Source of the DNA: Steroidobacterales bacterium
GTDB taxonomy: Bacteria > Pseudomonadota > Gammaproteobacteria > Steroidobacterales > Steroidobacteraceae
Length of the DNA stretch: 64,000 nt
Assembly: GCA_038229815.1 (NCBI GenBank)
Contig: JBBROC010000009.1
Coordinates: 740 to 64,739, forward strand
Direction: 5' to 3'
Part shown: positions 20,812-29,725 of the stretch, one piece after another
How positions within the stretch are numbered: the stretch's first letter is position 1
Layout: every line of letters begins with the position of its first letter
Notes under the pieces: model-generated
The model's database searches: none
The model's input: the letters and a program-made list of their open reading frames with translations, nothing else
Told to the model about the DNA's origin: nothing
Position numbers and translations under genes: made by a program

Positions 20812-21414
20812 CTACGCGCGCGCGGCGCGCTTCGTTGCCGTCATGTCCCATAGCTTCTCGAGTCCGTAGAACTCGCGCACGCGGGGCAACATGACGTGCA
20901 CGATCATCTCGTTCAAATCGATGAGAACCCAGTCGCTGTCTTGCTGACCCTCGACGCCGTGCGGACGGAACCCCGCTTCCTTGGTTTTTTCGACCACTCG
21001 CTGCGCAACGGAGCGCACGTGCCGATCGGAAGTTCCGCTTGCGATCACCATGAAATCGGCGATGTCGGTGAGTCCGCGCACATCGAGCACCTTGACTTCC
21101 AGTGCTTTCATATCGGCCAATGCATCGATGACCACAACCTTGAGGGAAGGGCTCGACTGGTTGCCTTTGCGATCCTCGCCAGATTTTGGCTTGCGACGAG
21201 CATTGGGCTTGACGTGGGCATTGGGCTTGACGTGTGCATTGGGCTTGCCGTGGGCCTTAAGCTCGTCTGCGGCTTTGAATTTGTCGGCGCCTCTAGGCTT
21301 ATCGCGTGTGTTCTCGCCGGCCGGATTGTCGACCGCTTTGTTGCGGTCCTTCGACTTGGTTTGGGGGGTCTTTTTACTGGGTGGCACTACGTTGTCCGGG
21401 TTTTGGAATAACAA
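20812..21414 (-). CDS. rsfS: ribosome silencing factor RsfS with a ~85-aa Lys-rich N-terminal extension
   Basis: The C-terminal ~110 aa match the RsfS/iojap core (DFMVIASGTSDRHVRSVA..., DWVLIDLNEMIVHVM, LEKLW). There is no in-frame ATG upstream of the core. Candidate starts are TTG at 21414 (track) or GTG at 21387, which overlaps the nadD TAG as TAGTG. Confidence 0.85.
   Translation of the reverse strand: MLFQNPDNVVPPSKKTPQTKSKDRNKAVDNPAGENTRDKPRGADKFKAADELKAHGKPNAHVKPNAHVKPNARRKPKSGEDRKGNQSSPSLKVVVIDALADMKALEVKVLDVRGLTDIADFMVIASGTSDRHVRSVAQRVVEKTKEAGFRPHGVEGQQDSDWVLIDLNEMIVHVMLPRVREFYGLEKLWDMTATKRAARA
21200..21253. repeat. 18-bp tandem repeat, three copies plus a degenerate copy at 21182-21199, inside the rsfS extension
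   Basis: The three units are gcattgggcttgacgtgg, gcattgggcttgacgtgt and gcattgggcttgccgtgg. They encode (KPNAHV)n on the minus strand. Confidence 0.9.
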
Positions 21415-22034
21415 TTGGTATCCAGGATCAGTTTACGCACTGCATCCGGCATGAGGAAGCGCGGATCACGGCCCATGCCGATCAGCTGGCGCACTTCGGT
21501 CGAAGAAATCTCCAATTGAGTTACGGCGTGAATATAAATGCAACCCGCTCGAGACTCGTGCAAATCGCCGATTCGCCCGGTACCGCGATCGACCAGCAGC
21601 TCGCCGAGAGGTCCCATGCCGGGTGCGCGCCAGCCTGGCCGATGCGCGACCACCAAGTGGGCGAGTTGCAGAAGTTCACGCCACTGATGCCATTTCGGCA
21701 AGCTTAAGAAAGCATCCATGCCCACGATCAAGCACAGGCTGCGGTCCGGATATTCATGACGCAGTTCGGCCAAGGTCTCGACCGAGTAAGAGGGCCCTTC
21801 CTTGCGCACCTCTCGATCATCGACGACGAAGCCGGCTTGGCCGGCGGTAGCCAACTGGACCATTTGCAGCCTTAGGTGAGCGTCGGCAAGCGGCTGATCA
21901 CGATGCGGTGGATTTCCGGCCGGCAGAAACCGTATTTCCTTCAATCGCAGCGCTTGTTGCAACTCGAATGCGGTACGCAAGTGGGCATAGTGAATAGGAT
22001 CGAAAGTTCCGCCAAAAATACCCATAGGGTTCAT
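21387..22034 (-). CDS. nadD: nicotinate-nucleotide adenylyltransferase
   Basis: GIFGGTFDPIHYAHL motif. ATG at 22034 overlaps the holA stop (ATGA); the longer track ORF is a run-on. Confidence 0.9.
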   Translation of the reverse strand: MNPMGIFGGTFDPIHYAHLRTAFELQQALRLKEIRFLPAGNPPHRDQPLADAHLRLQMVQLATAGQAGFVVDDREVRKEGPSYSVETLAELRHEYPDRSLCLIVGMDAFLSLPKWHQWRELLQLAHLVVAHRPGWRAPGMGPLGELLVDRGTGRIGDLHESRAGCIYIHAVTQLEISSTEVRQLIGMGRDPRFLMPDAVRKLILDTNCYSKTRTT

Positions 22035-23053
22035 ACGGCTACCCTGCCTGAATCCGCGGTCGCTTGCAAAGCGCCGGCGAGGCCGCCCGTCAGTGCGGTA
22101 AGCGCGCTCCACGGATCGCCCGGCGCCAGTCCTTTGATGATTCGATCCGCATGGCTAGCTTCCATGAGCAGCTGCGCCAGCGGCAGCTTCTGCGCTCGCG
22201 ATAGGGCACGCGACGATGGCGTCGCCGCCAGATTCCAACCGCTGCCCCGCACCGCGGAACGCAAACGGCCGCGTTCGCTTGCCTGCCACAGTCCACGCAG
22301 TTCCCGGACCAGCGCCCACAAGATCAGGGTGGGTTCCACTCCCTCGCTCTTGAGCCCCAAAAGTATCCGCAGCGCGCGCGCCGCGTCGCCGGCCGCCGCC
22401 GCCTCAGCGAGCTGGAAAACGTCATAGCGGGCGCTGTCTCCCACCGACTGCAATACCAAAGCCCTGCTGATCGGTTCACCGTTGGCCAGCAAGCTCAATT
22501 TCTCGAGTTCCTGTTTTGCCGCAAGAAGGTTTCCCTCCACGCGATCGACGATGAGCTGAGCTGCTGACGGTTCCATCTCCAGGTGCATCAGCTTGGCACG
22601 CGAACGCAGCCACGCAGGAAGAGCCGCAGTCTCCACCGGCCACACGGGCACCCAGACGCCGTGTTTCTCGACGGCCCGCACCCAAGGAGCATCGCTCGCT
22701 CGTTTATCGAGTTTGCCGGTGACCACCAGGCAGACGACGTCGGGGGGCGGACTCACCGCCAAATCGGCCAGTTGCTGCGCGCCCTTGTCCGGCTTGCCGC
22801 TCGGCATTCTGAGCTCGAACAAGCGCCGCTCGGCGAACAGCGACAATGACTGAGTCGCATGCCTAAGCTCATTCCAGGAGAAACTGCGGTCGATGAAAAA
22901 TACCGTGCGGTCCGCATATCCCGCCCCTTTCGCTGCTGCACGGATGGCGTCCGCCGCCTCGCCCACGAGCAGTGGTTCATCGCCGGAAACGAGGTACACC
23001 CCGGCAAAGCTTCGAGCCAGCGATGCGGATAACTGATCAGCGCTTACACGCAC
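22031..23053 (-). CDS. holA: DNA polymerase III subunit delta
   Basis: 340 aa with a HolA-like N-terminus (VYLVSGDEPLL). holA-nadD-rsfS-rlmH synteny. GTG start. Confidence 0.85.
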   Translation of the reverse strand: MRVSADQLSASLARSFAGVYLVSGDEPLLVGEAADAIRAAAKGAGYADRTVFFIDRSFSWNELRHATQSLSLFAERRLFELRMPSGKPDKGAQQLADLAVSPPPDVVCLVVTGKLDKRASDAPWVRAVEKHGVWVPVWPVETAALPAWLRSRAKLMHLEMEPSAAQLIVDRVEGNLLAAKQELEKLSLLANGEPISRALVLQSVGDSARYDVFQLAEAAAAGDAARALRILLGLKSEGVEPTLILWALVRELRGLWQASERGRLRSAVRGSGWNLAATPSSRALSRAQKLPLAQLLMEASHADRIIKGLAPGDPWSALTALTGGLAGALQATADSGRVAV

Positions 23054-24012
23054 TGCGTGATCCTCGCACGCGCCGCTTCATACTCACCCGCCATCCGGTT
23101 GACGAGCGCCTCGACGGTCTCGACGCCACGGATGCCGCTCACGCTCTGCCCGGCACTCCAAATATCGCGCCACGCCTTGAATTCCGCGCTGCCGCCGGTG
23201 CCGAAATTCATTTTGGCTTTATCGGCTTCGGGAAGCCTATCCGGATCGAGCCCCGCTCGCTCAATACTGCCGCGCAGATAATTCCCGGCGACGCCGCTGA
23301 ACAGCGATGTATAAACGATGTCCTCGCCGCGGCTGTCGACGAGCATTTGTTTGTACTCGGCGCTTGCGTTGCCTTCTTCGGTAGCGATGAAGCGCGTCCC
23401 GAGATAAGCGAGGTCCGCCCCGAGCGCCTGCGCGGCCAGCACGTCGGCGCCCGTGCTCATGGCCCCAGACAAAATTATCGTTCCAGCATAGATCTCGCGA
23501 ATCTGTTTAACCAGGGCGAACGGGCTCAGCACGCCGGCGTGGCCGCCTGCGCCGGCGCATACCGCGATGATGCCGTCGACACCCTGTGCCGCGGCCTTTT
23601 CGGCGTGGCGCAAATTGATGACATCGTGGAATAGGACGCCGCCGTAACCGTGCACGGCGGCAACCAGTTCGGCAGGCGGCCGCAGGCTGGTGATGACGAT
23701 GGGCACTCGGTGCTTAACGCACAGCATCACATCATGTTCGAGGCGATCGTTGCTGCCATGCACGATCTGATTGACCGCGAACGGCGCCGCCGGGACGGCA
23801 GGGTTCGCGCGGCTGTAGGCGGCAAGCTCGCCGGTAATCTCCGCGAGCCAGTCGTCGAGCACGGCCGCCGGTCGCGCATTCAGCGCCGGAAATGAGCCGA
23901 CGATGCCTGCCTTGCACTGCGCCAGCACGAGGCGCGGGGTGGAGACGATGAACATCGGCGCGCCAATGACGGGTATCCGCAAGCGGCCTTGCAAAATCTC
24001 AGGGATGGGCAT
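23044..24012 (-). CDS. nitronate monooxygenase / NMO-family FMN oxidoreductase
   Basis: 322 aa TIM-barrel FMN protein (IPVIGAPMFIVS..., GGHAG, GTRFIATEE). Confidence 0.85.
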   Translation of the reverse strand: MPIPEILQGRLRIPVIGAPMFIVSTPRLVLAQCKAGIVGSFPALNARPAAVLDDWLAEITGELAAYSRANPAVPAAPFAVNQIVHGSNDRLEHDVMLCVKHRVPIVITSLRPPAELVAAVHGYGGVLFHDVINLRHAEKAAAQGVDGIIAVCAGAGGHAGVLSPFALVKQIREIYAGTIILSGAMSTGADVLAAQALGADLAYLGTRFIATEEGNASAEYKQMLVDSRGEDIVYTSLFSGVAGNYLRGSIERAGLDPDRLPEADKAKMNFGTGGSAEFKAWRDIWSAGQSVSGIRGVETVEALVNRMAGEYEAARARITQCV

Positions 24013-24136
24013 TTACGGCTCCGCACCGATAGGGTCATTGACGTGTTTCATGTCATTATGGCGTAGTCCGCTGCGCCGCACACCTTCGTGAAATGGCACC
24101 CTTGCCCGCGTACCCCAAAACGATCGGAAATCCCCA

Positions 24137-24940
24137 ATGCAATTCGACACCCTGCTTTTTGAGCGGCGCGAGACCATCGCCTACGTCGCGCTCAATCGGC
24201 CGGAAAAATTGAACGCGCTGAATTTGAAGTTGATCACGGACTTGCGGGCTGCTGCATCGGCGATTGATCTCGATCAGGACATTCGCGCCGTCGTGCTCAC
24301 CGGCTCCGGGCGCGCATTTTGTTCCGGCGCGGATATCATGGGCGATGATCTGTTTGGAGATCGAGGGCGCAGCCGCGGCGATAACATCGGCGCCGGATTG
24401 CGGGAACATTTCAACCCCATGGTGGAAGCCTGGTACCGGTTGCGCGTGCCGGTCGTAGCGGCGGTCAACGGCGTCGCTGCGGGCGCCGGCGTGAGTCTTG
24501 CCCTTGTAGGCGACATCGTACTGGCGGCGCGCTCGGCCACGTTTCTGCAACTATTTGCGCCTAAACTCGGTCTCATGCCCGATCTCGGCAGCACCTTCCA
24601 TTTGCCGCGGCTGGTCGGCAGCGCGCGCGCCAAGGGCTTGGCTCTGCTTGGCGATGCCTTACCGGCCGCGGAAGCCGCGAGCTGGGGGCTCATCTGGGCC
24701 TGTGTCGACGATGCGGCTCTGCAGTCGCAGGCGGAATCGATCGCGCGAAGGCTCGCGGCCGGACCGACGCAAGCGTTCCAACGCATCAAAGCGGCTTTCA
24801 ATGTCGAGCTTCCCCGCACGCTGGCCGAGCAGTTGGAGCTGGAGGCTGAAGCACAGGCCGAGCTTGGCGACACTCAGGACTTTGCGGAGGGCGTGCAGGC
24901 GTTCCGTGACAAGCGTGCGCCGAAATTCACAGGCAAATAA
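24137..24940 (+). CDS. enoyl-CoA hydratase/isomerase family protein (PaaG-like)
   Basis: Crotonase fold motifs (VVLTGSGRAFCSGADI, AAVNGVAAGAG). Confidence 0.88.
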   Translation: MQFDTLLFERRETIAYVALNRPEKLNALNLKLITDLRAAASAIDLDQDIRAVVLTGSGRAFCSGADIMGDDLFGDRGRSRGDNIGAGLREHFNPMVEAWYRLRVPVVAAVNGVAAGAGVSLALVGDIVLAARSATFLQLFAPKLGLMPDLGSTFHLPRLVGSARAKGLALLGDALPAAEAASWGLIWACVDDAALQSQAESIARRLAAGPTQAFQRIKAAFNVELPRTLAEQLELEAEAQAELGDTQDFAEGVQAFRDKRAPKFTGK

Positions 24941-24945
24941 CGCGG

Positions 24946-26580
24946 TCAAGCCAGTGTCGGTGCCGAGGCTGCTGCCGGCTTGGCGCTGACCGCATCATCG
25001 ACGCTGTGGTACTCGAGCCCGCTCGTCGGCAGCTGAGGAAAGTCCGCTCGCATCAATGCATCGCGGGCGGCGTCTTTCAAGCGCGCCACTCGTAACTCGA
25101 TCTTGTGCGCCGCGAGCCACGCAGCGAATTCTCCCAGACTCTCCAGCGCGGTGCCGTCGAGATCGGGTGATTCCTCGAGACTCAAAATCACCACTCGGAC
25201 ATCGGGCCGTTTCGCAACCTGCTGACGTGCGCGCGCCAGCAAGGGCTCGGCATTGGCGAAGAACAACGGCTCTTCCGGCCGCAGGACGAGGACGACCGGC
25301 GGACAAGAAGCCTGCGGAAAGCGGGCGAGGCTGACGAAATCGTGCGCACCGAGACGGCCGAGGACGGAAAGACGCGGGCTAGCCAGCGAATGCAGCAGCA
25401 TCGCCAGGCTGAAAGCGATGGACGCCAGCAGGCCGTCGAGCAGGCCGAACGCTATGACCGCGGCTACGGCCGTCACAGTGATCAGCCGATCACGCTTCCA
25501 CCGAAAGTACGGCCGAAAAACCGCCGGACTTAGGGACTTGCTGACCGCATGGATGACGATCGCAGCCAGCACGGGAACGGGTATGCGTTCGATCCACCGC
25601 AGAAACAGCAGCACGAGAGCCAGAATCGTCGCAGCAGCATACAAGCCCGCGGCGCGCGATTGCGCGCCGGCCGCTTCATTCGCCGACGTACCTGAATAAC
25701 CCGCGCCGACCGGCGTGCCATGGAAGGCGCCCGACACGAGATTCGCGACGCCGAGTGCGACCAAGTCGCGATTCGGCTGCACGGTGCGGTCATGCTTCAA
25801 AGCGAACGTGCGGAGCGAGCTATAGGATTCGGCATAGAGAATGAACATCAATGCCAGGGCGAACTCGATCATCGGCAACCTTTGCACGTAGGGCGGCAGC
25901 GCCAGCGCCGGCGTTTCCAGGGCAAGGTGGATGGGTCCCGTCAACAGTACGCCGCGGGAATCGAGCCAGGGCGCTGCTGCAATCCCGGCGACGATCACCA
26001 CCAGGACACCCGGAACGCGCCGGAAACGGCCGAGCAGGAACAGTGCCAGCAAGGCACAGCCGCCCGCCGCAAGGCTCGCCGGCTGCCAGGCGTCCACATT
26101 GCGAAAAATCTCCGCCGCCAGGGGCACAAAGTGGGTGCTGTGCACCTGCAAGCCGACCACGTGCGGCCACTGCTTCACGGCGATGACCAGAGCCAGCCCG
26201 AAAGAAAATCCCCGCAGCACCGGACGGGCAATCAGGTTTGAAATTGCACCAAGCCGCGCGCAGCCGGCCAACAAAAACGCGATCCCCGTTGCGCACACCA
26301 GGAGCGAGGCGACGGCGACGCGTTGTGCTGCCGTTGTGGCGCCCAAAGTCATCGTCGCCGCCGCAAGTACCGCCGCAGACGAAGAAGTGGCGGTAACGAT
26401 GGCGTACGGGCTGCGGCCGATCAGGGCATAGCAGGTGAGCCCTGCAAATAAGCCAATCACGCCCGCCTGCGGCGGCAGGTTAGCTAGGCCCGAATAGGCA
26501 ACCGCCTCGGGCAACAGCAGTCCGGCAAGCGAGACGCCGGCAAGCGCGTCCGCCGGATTGATTGCACGGAGCCCGCTCAT
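24946..26580 (-). CDS. SulP-family anion transporter with a C-terminal STAS domain
   Basis: Polytopic membrane protein with SulP-type segments and a STAS-like tail. ATG at 26580 overlaps the upstream gene's stop (ATGA). Confidence 0.88.
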   Translation of the reverse strand: MSGLRAINPADALAGVSLAGLLLPEAVAYSGLANLPPQAGVIGLFAGLTCYALIGRSPYAIVTATSSSAAVLAAATMTLGATTAAQRVAVASLLVCATGIAFLLAGCARLGAISNLIARPVLRGFSFGLALVIAVKQWPHVVGLQVHSTHFVPLAAEIFRNVDAWQPASLAAGGCALLALFLLGRFRRVPGVLVVIVAGIAAAPWLDSRGVLLTGPIHLALETPALALPPYVQRLPMIEFALALMFILYAESYSSLRTFALKHDRTVQPNRDLVALGVANLVSGAFHGTPVGAGYSGTSANEAAGAQSRAAGLYAAATILALVLLFLRWIERIPVPVLAAIVIHAVSKSLSPAVFRPYFRWKRDRLITVTAVAAVIAFGLLDGLLASIAFSLAMLLHSLASPRLSVLGRLGAHDFVSLARFPQASCPPVVLVLRPEEPLFFANAEPLLARARQQVAKRPDVRVVILSLEESPDLDGTALESLGEFAAWLAAHKIELRVARLKDAARDALMRADFPQLPTSGLEYHSVDDAVSAKPAAASAPTLA

Positions 26581-27200
26581 TGATCGTTCGCAGGGCCGCA
26601 CCACCCGGGCAGATAATCGGCCTCGCGGCTCTTGGCCAATTTCAATCCCCGGACCAGCGCGACCGAAAAATCATCGACGAGGAGCTTGCGCTTGATTCGC
26701 CGGCGCAAAAAGTCTGCCCATAGGAATTCACTGAAGGGCGTGGTGTCCTTCGCGAAGCCGCCGTTCTGCCGCAGTTCACCGGCGAGACTGCGAAATGGAT
26801 CGTCCACCAGCGCCGAGATCCGCTTCGGCACGTCGCCGTAGCTACGCCGTCGGCCACGCGCATCGAAGGGATGCAGCCATCCCCGATTATCCAAGTACAC
26901 CCAGAAAGCTTCGCGCGGCAGCCGCCGCAGGTCGGCCACGACCATCGTGGCGATATCCCTGACGCCTTCCTGATGCAGAGCCAACGTCAGGTGTTGATGA
27001 TCGATGACGTAGTACTCTCCCTTTGGACCCCAGATGACTGGAATCAGATGCTTGCCGAGGAAGTCGGCCCGCTTTCGTTGCGGATGATCCCGCCAATCCT
27101 TGCGCTTGGCCAGCACCTCGCGCATCCCAACCGTGATCTGGGTCGGGCGGAGTGCTGCAATTGCCACCGGATGAATGCGGGGTTCTCTGGGTAGGGTCAT
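26577..27200 (-). CDS. ParB/Srx-fold 'ParB-like nuclease' family protein (ParBc_2-like)
   Basis: About 207 aa with LRPTQITVGMREV near the N-terminus, typical of the stand-alone ParB-like family. The ATG at 27200 has AGGAG 6-7 nt upstream and is preferred over 27224. Confidence 0.7.
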   Translation of the reverse strand: MTLPREPRIHPVAIAALRPTQITVGMREVLAKRKDWRDHPQRKRADFLGKHLIPVIWGPKGEYYVIDHQHLTLALHQEGVRDIATMVVADLRRLPREAFWVYLDNRGWLHPFDARGRRRSYGDVPKRISALVDDPFRSLAGELRQNGGFAKDTTPFSEFLWADFLRRRIKRKLLVDDFSVALVRGLKLAKSREADYLPGWCGPANDQ

Positions 27201-27321
27201 TGCTTGCTCCTGGCCGCGTCGCACGCGCCTGTTATTAGAGGGGTATCGGATAATGTACTATCATCGGCACTGCCTCGATGCAGCATCACAACCAAAAAAT
27301 TGTGTCAGTACGGGAAGGGAT

Positions 27322-29724
27322 ATGAACAGATATAACGTAGCACTGTCGATGTGTGGCTTCGTCATCGGCGCAGCAGCGTCGGCGCAGACCTCGCCGCCCG
27401 CGGGGTCCGATCAAATCGCGGAGGTCGTCGTGACCGCGCAGCGGCGCAGCGAAAGCCTGCAGGACGTGCCGCTGTCCATCACCGCGATCGATGCACGCAA
27501 TCTGGAACAGAAGGCAATCTACAGTTTCTTCGATTACGGCGGGAAGGTGCCCAATCTGGCGTTCGCCAATACCGGGGACGGGAGCGGCACGGCACGGACA
27601 ATATCGATTCGCGGCATCTCCGGCGACGAGACGACCGGGTTCTATATTGACGAGACGCCGGTGCCGGATTCGATCGATCCGCGGATCGTCGACATCCAGC
27701 GCATCGAGGTGTTGCGTGGGCCGCAGGGAACTCTCTACGGCGCTCGCTCCATGGGCGGCACGGTTCGACTGATCACCGAACAGCCAAATCTCAATGAGGC
27801 CGACGGCAGACTGCGATTGAGCGGCGGGCATACATGGAATACGGTCAATCCTGACTACGGGGTGGACGGCGCCTTCAATGTGCCGCTGATTCAGGACACG
27901 ATGGCGTTGCGGGCGGTTTTGTTCTTTCAACACGACGCCGGATTCTTCACGCGCCGATATCTATCGAACCCCGCCGATGCCGCCGGTCTGACGGCGACGG
28001 CAAACCCGACCACGCTCGGCGGCTTACCGACTTCGACCACCGGCCACGTGGGCCGCGTGAATAGTTACGGTGGCGCGGTGTCCTTGGCGATCAAGCCGAA
28101 CGATGCGCTGATGATCACGCCTCGGATCATGTACCAACAATCGAAAGCGAATGGGCTCTTGTACGCCGATGGTGGTTCATATCCGGTGCCGGGGCCAAGC
28201 CCCGGCATATTCGTGCCGGTCAGCATGCACCCGGTCGGCTACATGCAAGATCGGTTCTTCAATTTACCGGAGCGCAGCGACGACGCCTGGACTCTTGCTT
28301 CGGTGGGAATCAAATACGAAGCCAACAGCTTCGCATTCCTCTCGTCCACATCGTATTTCGATCGGACGGTGGACGAGACGGAAGACCAGTCGGATTTTAT
28401 ATGGCAAAACCTCCTGGCGCCGTTCGACGGGATCACGCCAGGGTACAAGGCCGTGCCCATCGCCACGACCATCCGCGAAATCAAGCAAATTCATAGATTC
28501 GTGCAGGAGTTTCGCTTCACTTCCAAACTCGCCGGACCTTGGCAGTATGTCGCCGGGCTGTATTTTGCGGATACTCGAGGCCGGGTTCCATACGCCGGGT
28601 ATTATCCGCCCTCGATCGCGCCCGGGATCAGTAAAACCGGGGGATTCGTCGTGCTGGGGATTCCGGTGAATCCTTTGAACCCGGACGAGATCTTCGGCCA
28701 GGACTACCAGACCCGAGTGAGCGAGCCGGCGATTTACGGAGAGTTGTCCTATCATTTCACTGAACAGTGGGCGCTTACCGGCGGACTGCGGGGTTATCGA
28801 ATCAAGACGCAGACCGGCGGCTATCTGGAAGGAATTGCGTTTGGCGGACCACGCATCAACGATCCGGAGCAATCCTTCACCGAGAGCGGGGTGAATCCCA
28901 AGCTCGGACTCGATTACAAGCTGTCCTCCGACAAACTGCTGTACGCGCAGATCGCACGCGGCTTCCGTCCCGGCGGTCTGGTTCCCTCGATTCCCGGCAA
29001 CAGCAACATCGACGCGCTCGGTTGCTTCGCCCAATTGAAGGCACTCGGCTACACCAGCGCCAGCCAGACGAAGAGCTACAAGTCGGACAGCCTCTGGAAC
29101 TATGAGCTTGGCGCGAAGACCGCGTGGGCCGACAATCGAGTTACGCTCGACGGTGCCGTGTTCTTGGTGAAATGGCCAAACATACAGGGGAGCGTGCCTT
29201 TGCCTTGCGGCTTTCAATTTCGCGCAAATTCGGGAGCTGCGGAGATTAAAGGAGCTGAGATCGAGGCGCATGCGCGGCCGGCATCCGGGCTCGATGTGTC
29301 CGCCGGTGTCGGTTACCAGCGTGCCCGGATCACGAAATTCAGCAATCTCATACCCACACTCAAGGTTGGCGACCGTGTCTACCAGGTTCCCGACTGGACC
29401 GGCAATGCGTCGGCGACATATACCGTGCCACTCTCGGAAGCGCGCAGCATCTCGGGCACATTGAGTTACTCCTATACGGGGGACAGCGTCAGTGCGAGTG
29501 TCAACGCGAACTTTCCGCGCGTGCGACCGAGCTACAATATTCTCGATATGCGCCTTGCCTACGATGTTCGCAGCTACGAACTTGCGCTGGTCGGGAAAAA
29601 CCTCACTAACACGGAGGCGAACCTCGGCGACAACCGCTCGCTCGCCGCAGAAACGATCGGGCGTCCGCGTATCGTAGTCAATCAACCGCGAATGATCGGC
29701 GCCGAGTTCCGGATGAAGTTCTGA
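27322..29724 (+). CDS. TonB-dependent outer-membrane receptor
   Basis: Signal peptide, plug domain (VVVTAQRRSESLQDVPLSITAI, IEVLRGPQGTLYG), a long beta-barrel, and a terminal aromatic residue (...FRMKF). Confidence 0.9.
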   Translation: MNRYNVALSMCGFVIGAAASAQTSPPAGSDQIAEVVVTAQRRSESLQDVPLSITAIDARNLEQKAIYSFFDYGGKVPNLAFANTGDGSGTARTISIRGISGDETTGFYIDETPVPDSIDPRIVDIQRIEVLRGPQGTLYGARSMGGTVRLITEQPNLNEADGRLRLSGGHTWNTVNPDYGVDGAFNVPLIQDTMALRAVLFFQHDAGFFTRRYLSNPADAAGLTATANPTTLGGLPTSTTGHVGRVNSYGGAVSLAIKPNDALMITPRIMYQQSKANGLLYADGGSYPVPGPSPGIFVPVSMHPVGYMQDRFFNLPERSDDAWTLASVGIKYEANSFAFLSSTSYFDRTVDETEDQSDFIWQNLLAPFDGITPGYKAVPIATTIREIKQIHRFVQEFRFTSKLAGPWQYVAGLYFADTRGRVPYAGYYPPSIAPGISKTGGFVVLGIPVNPLNPDEIFGQDYQTRVSEPAIYGELSYHFTEQWALTGGLRGYRIKTQTGGYLEGIAFGGPRINDPEQSFTESGVNPKLGLDYKLSSDKLLYAQIARGFRPGGLVPSIPGNSNIDALGCFAQLKALGYTSASQTKSYKSDSLWNYELGAKTAWADNRVTLDGAVFLVKWPNIQGSVPLPCGFQFRANSGAAEIKGAEIEAHARPASGLDVSAGVGYQRARITKFSNLIPTLKVGDRVYQVPDWTGNASATYTVPLSEARSISGTLSYSYTGDSVSASVNANFPRVRPSYNILDMRLAYDVRSYELALVGKNLTNTEANLGDNRSLAAETIGRPRIVVNQPRMIGAEFRMKF

Positions 29725-29725
29725 T

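Noticed and set aside
24094-24105. TGGCACCCTTGC in the NMO / enoyl-CoA hydratase divergent region, which looks like a sigma-54 -24/-12 element.
   Set aside because: The GG-to-GC spacing is 7 nt instead of 10, so it is not a functional -24/-12 arrangement.
27249-27262. Fur-box-like dyad GATAATGTACTATC upstream of the TonB-dependent receptor.
   Set aside because: Only about 8 of 19 positions match the GATAATGATAATCATTATC consensus, and 10 of 14 are self-complementary. That is too weak to call an iron box without a matrix score.
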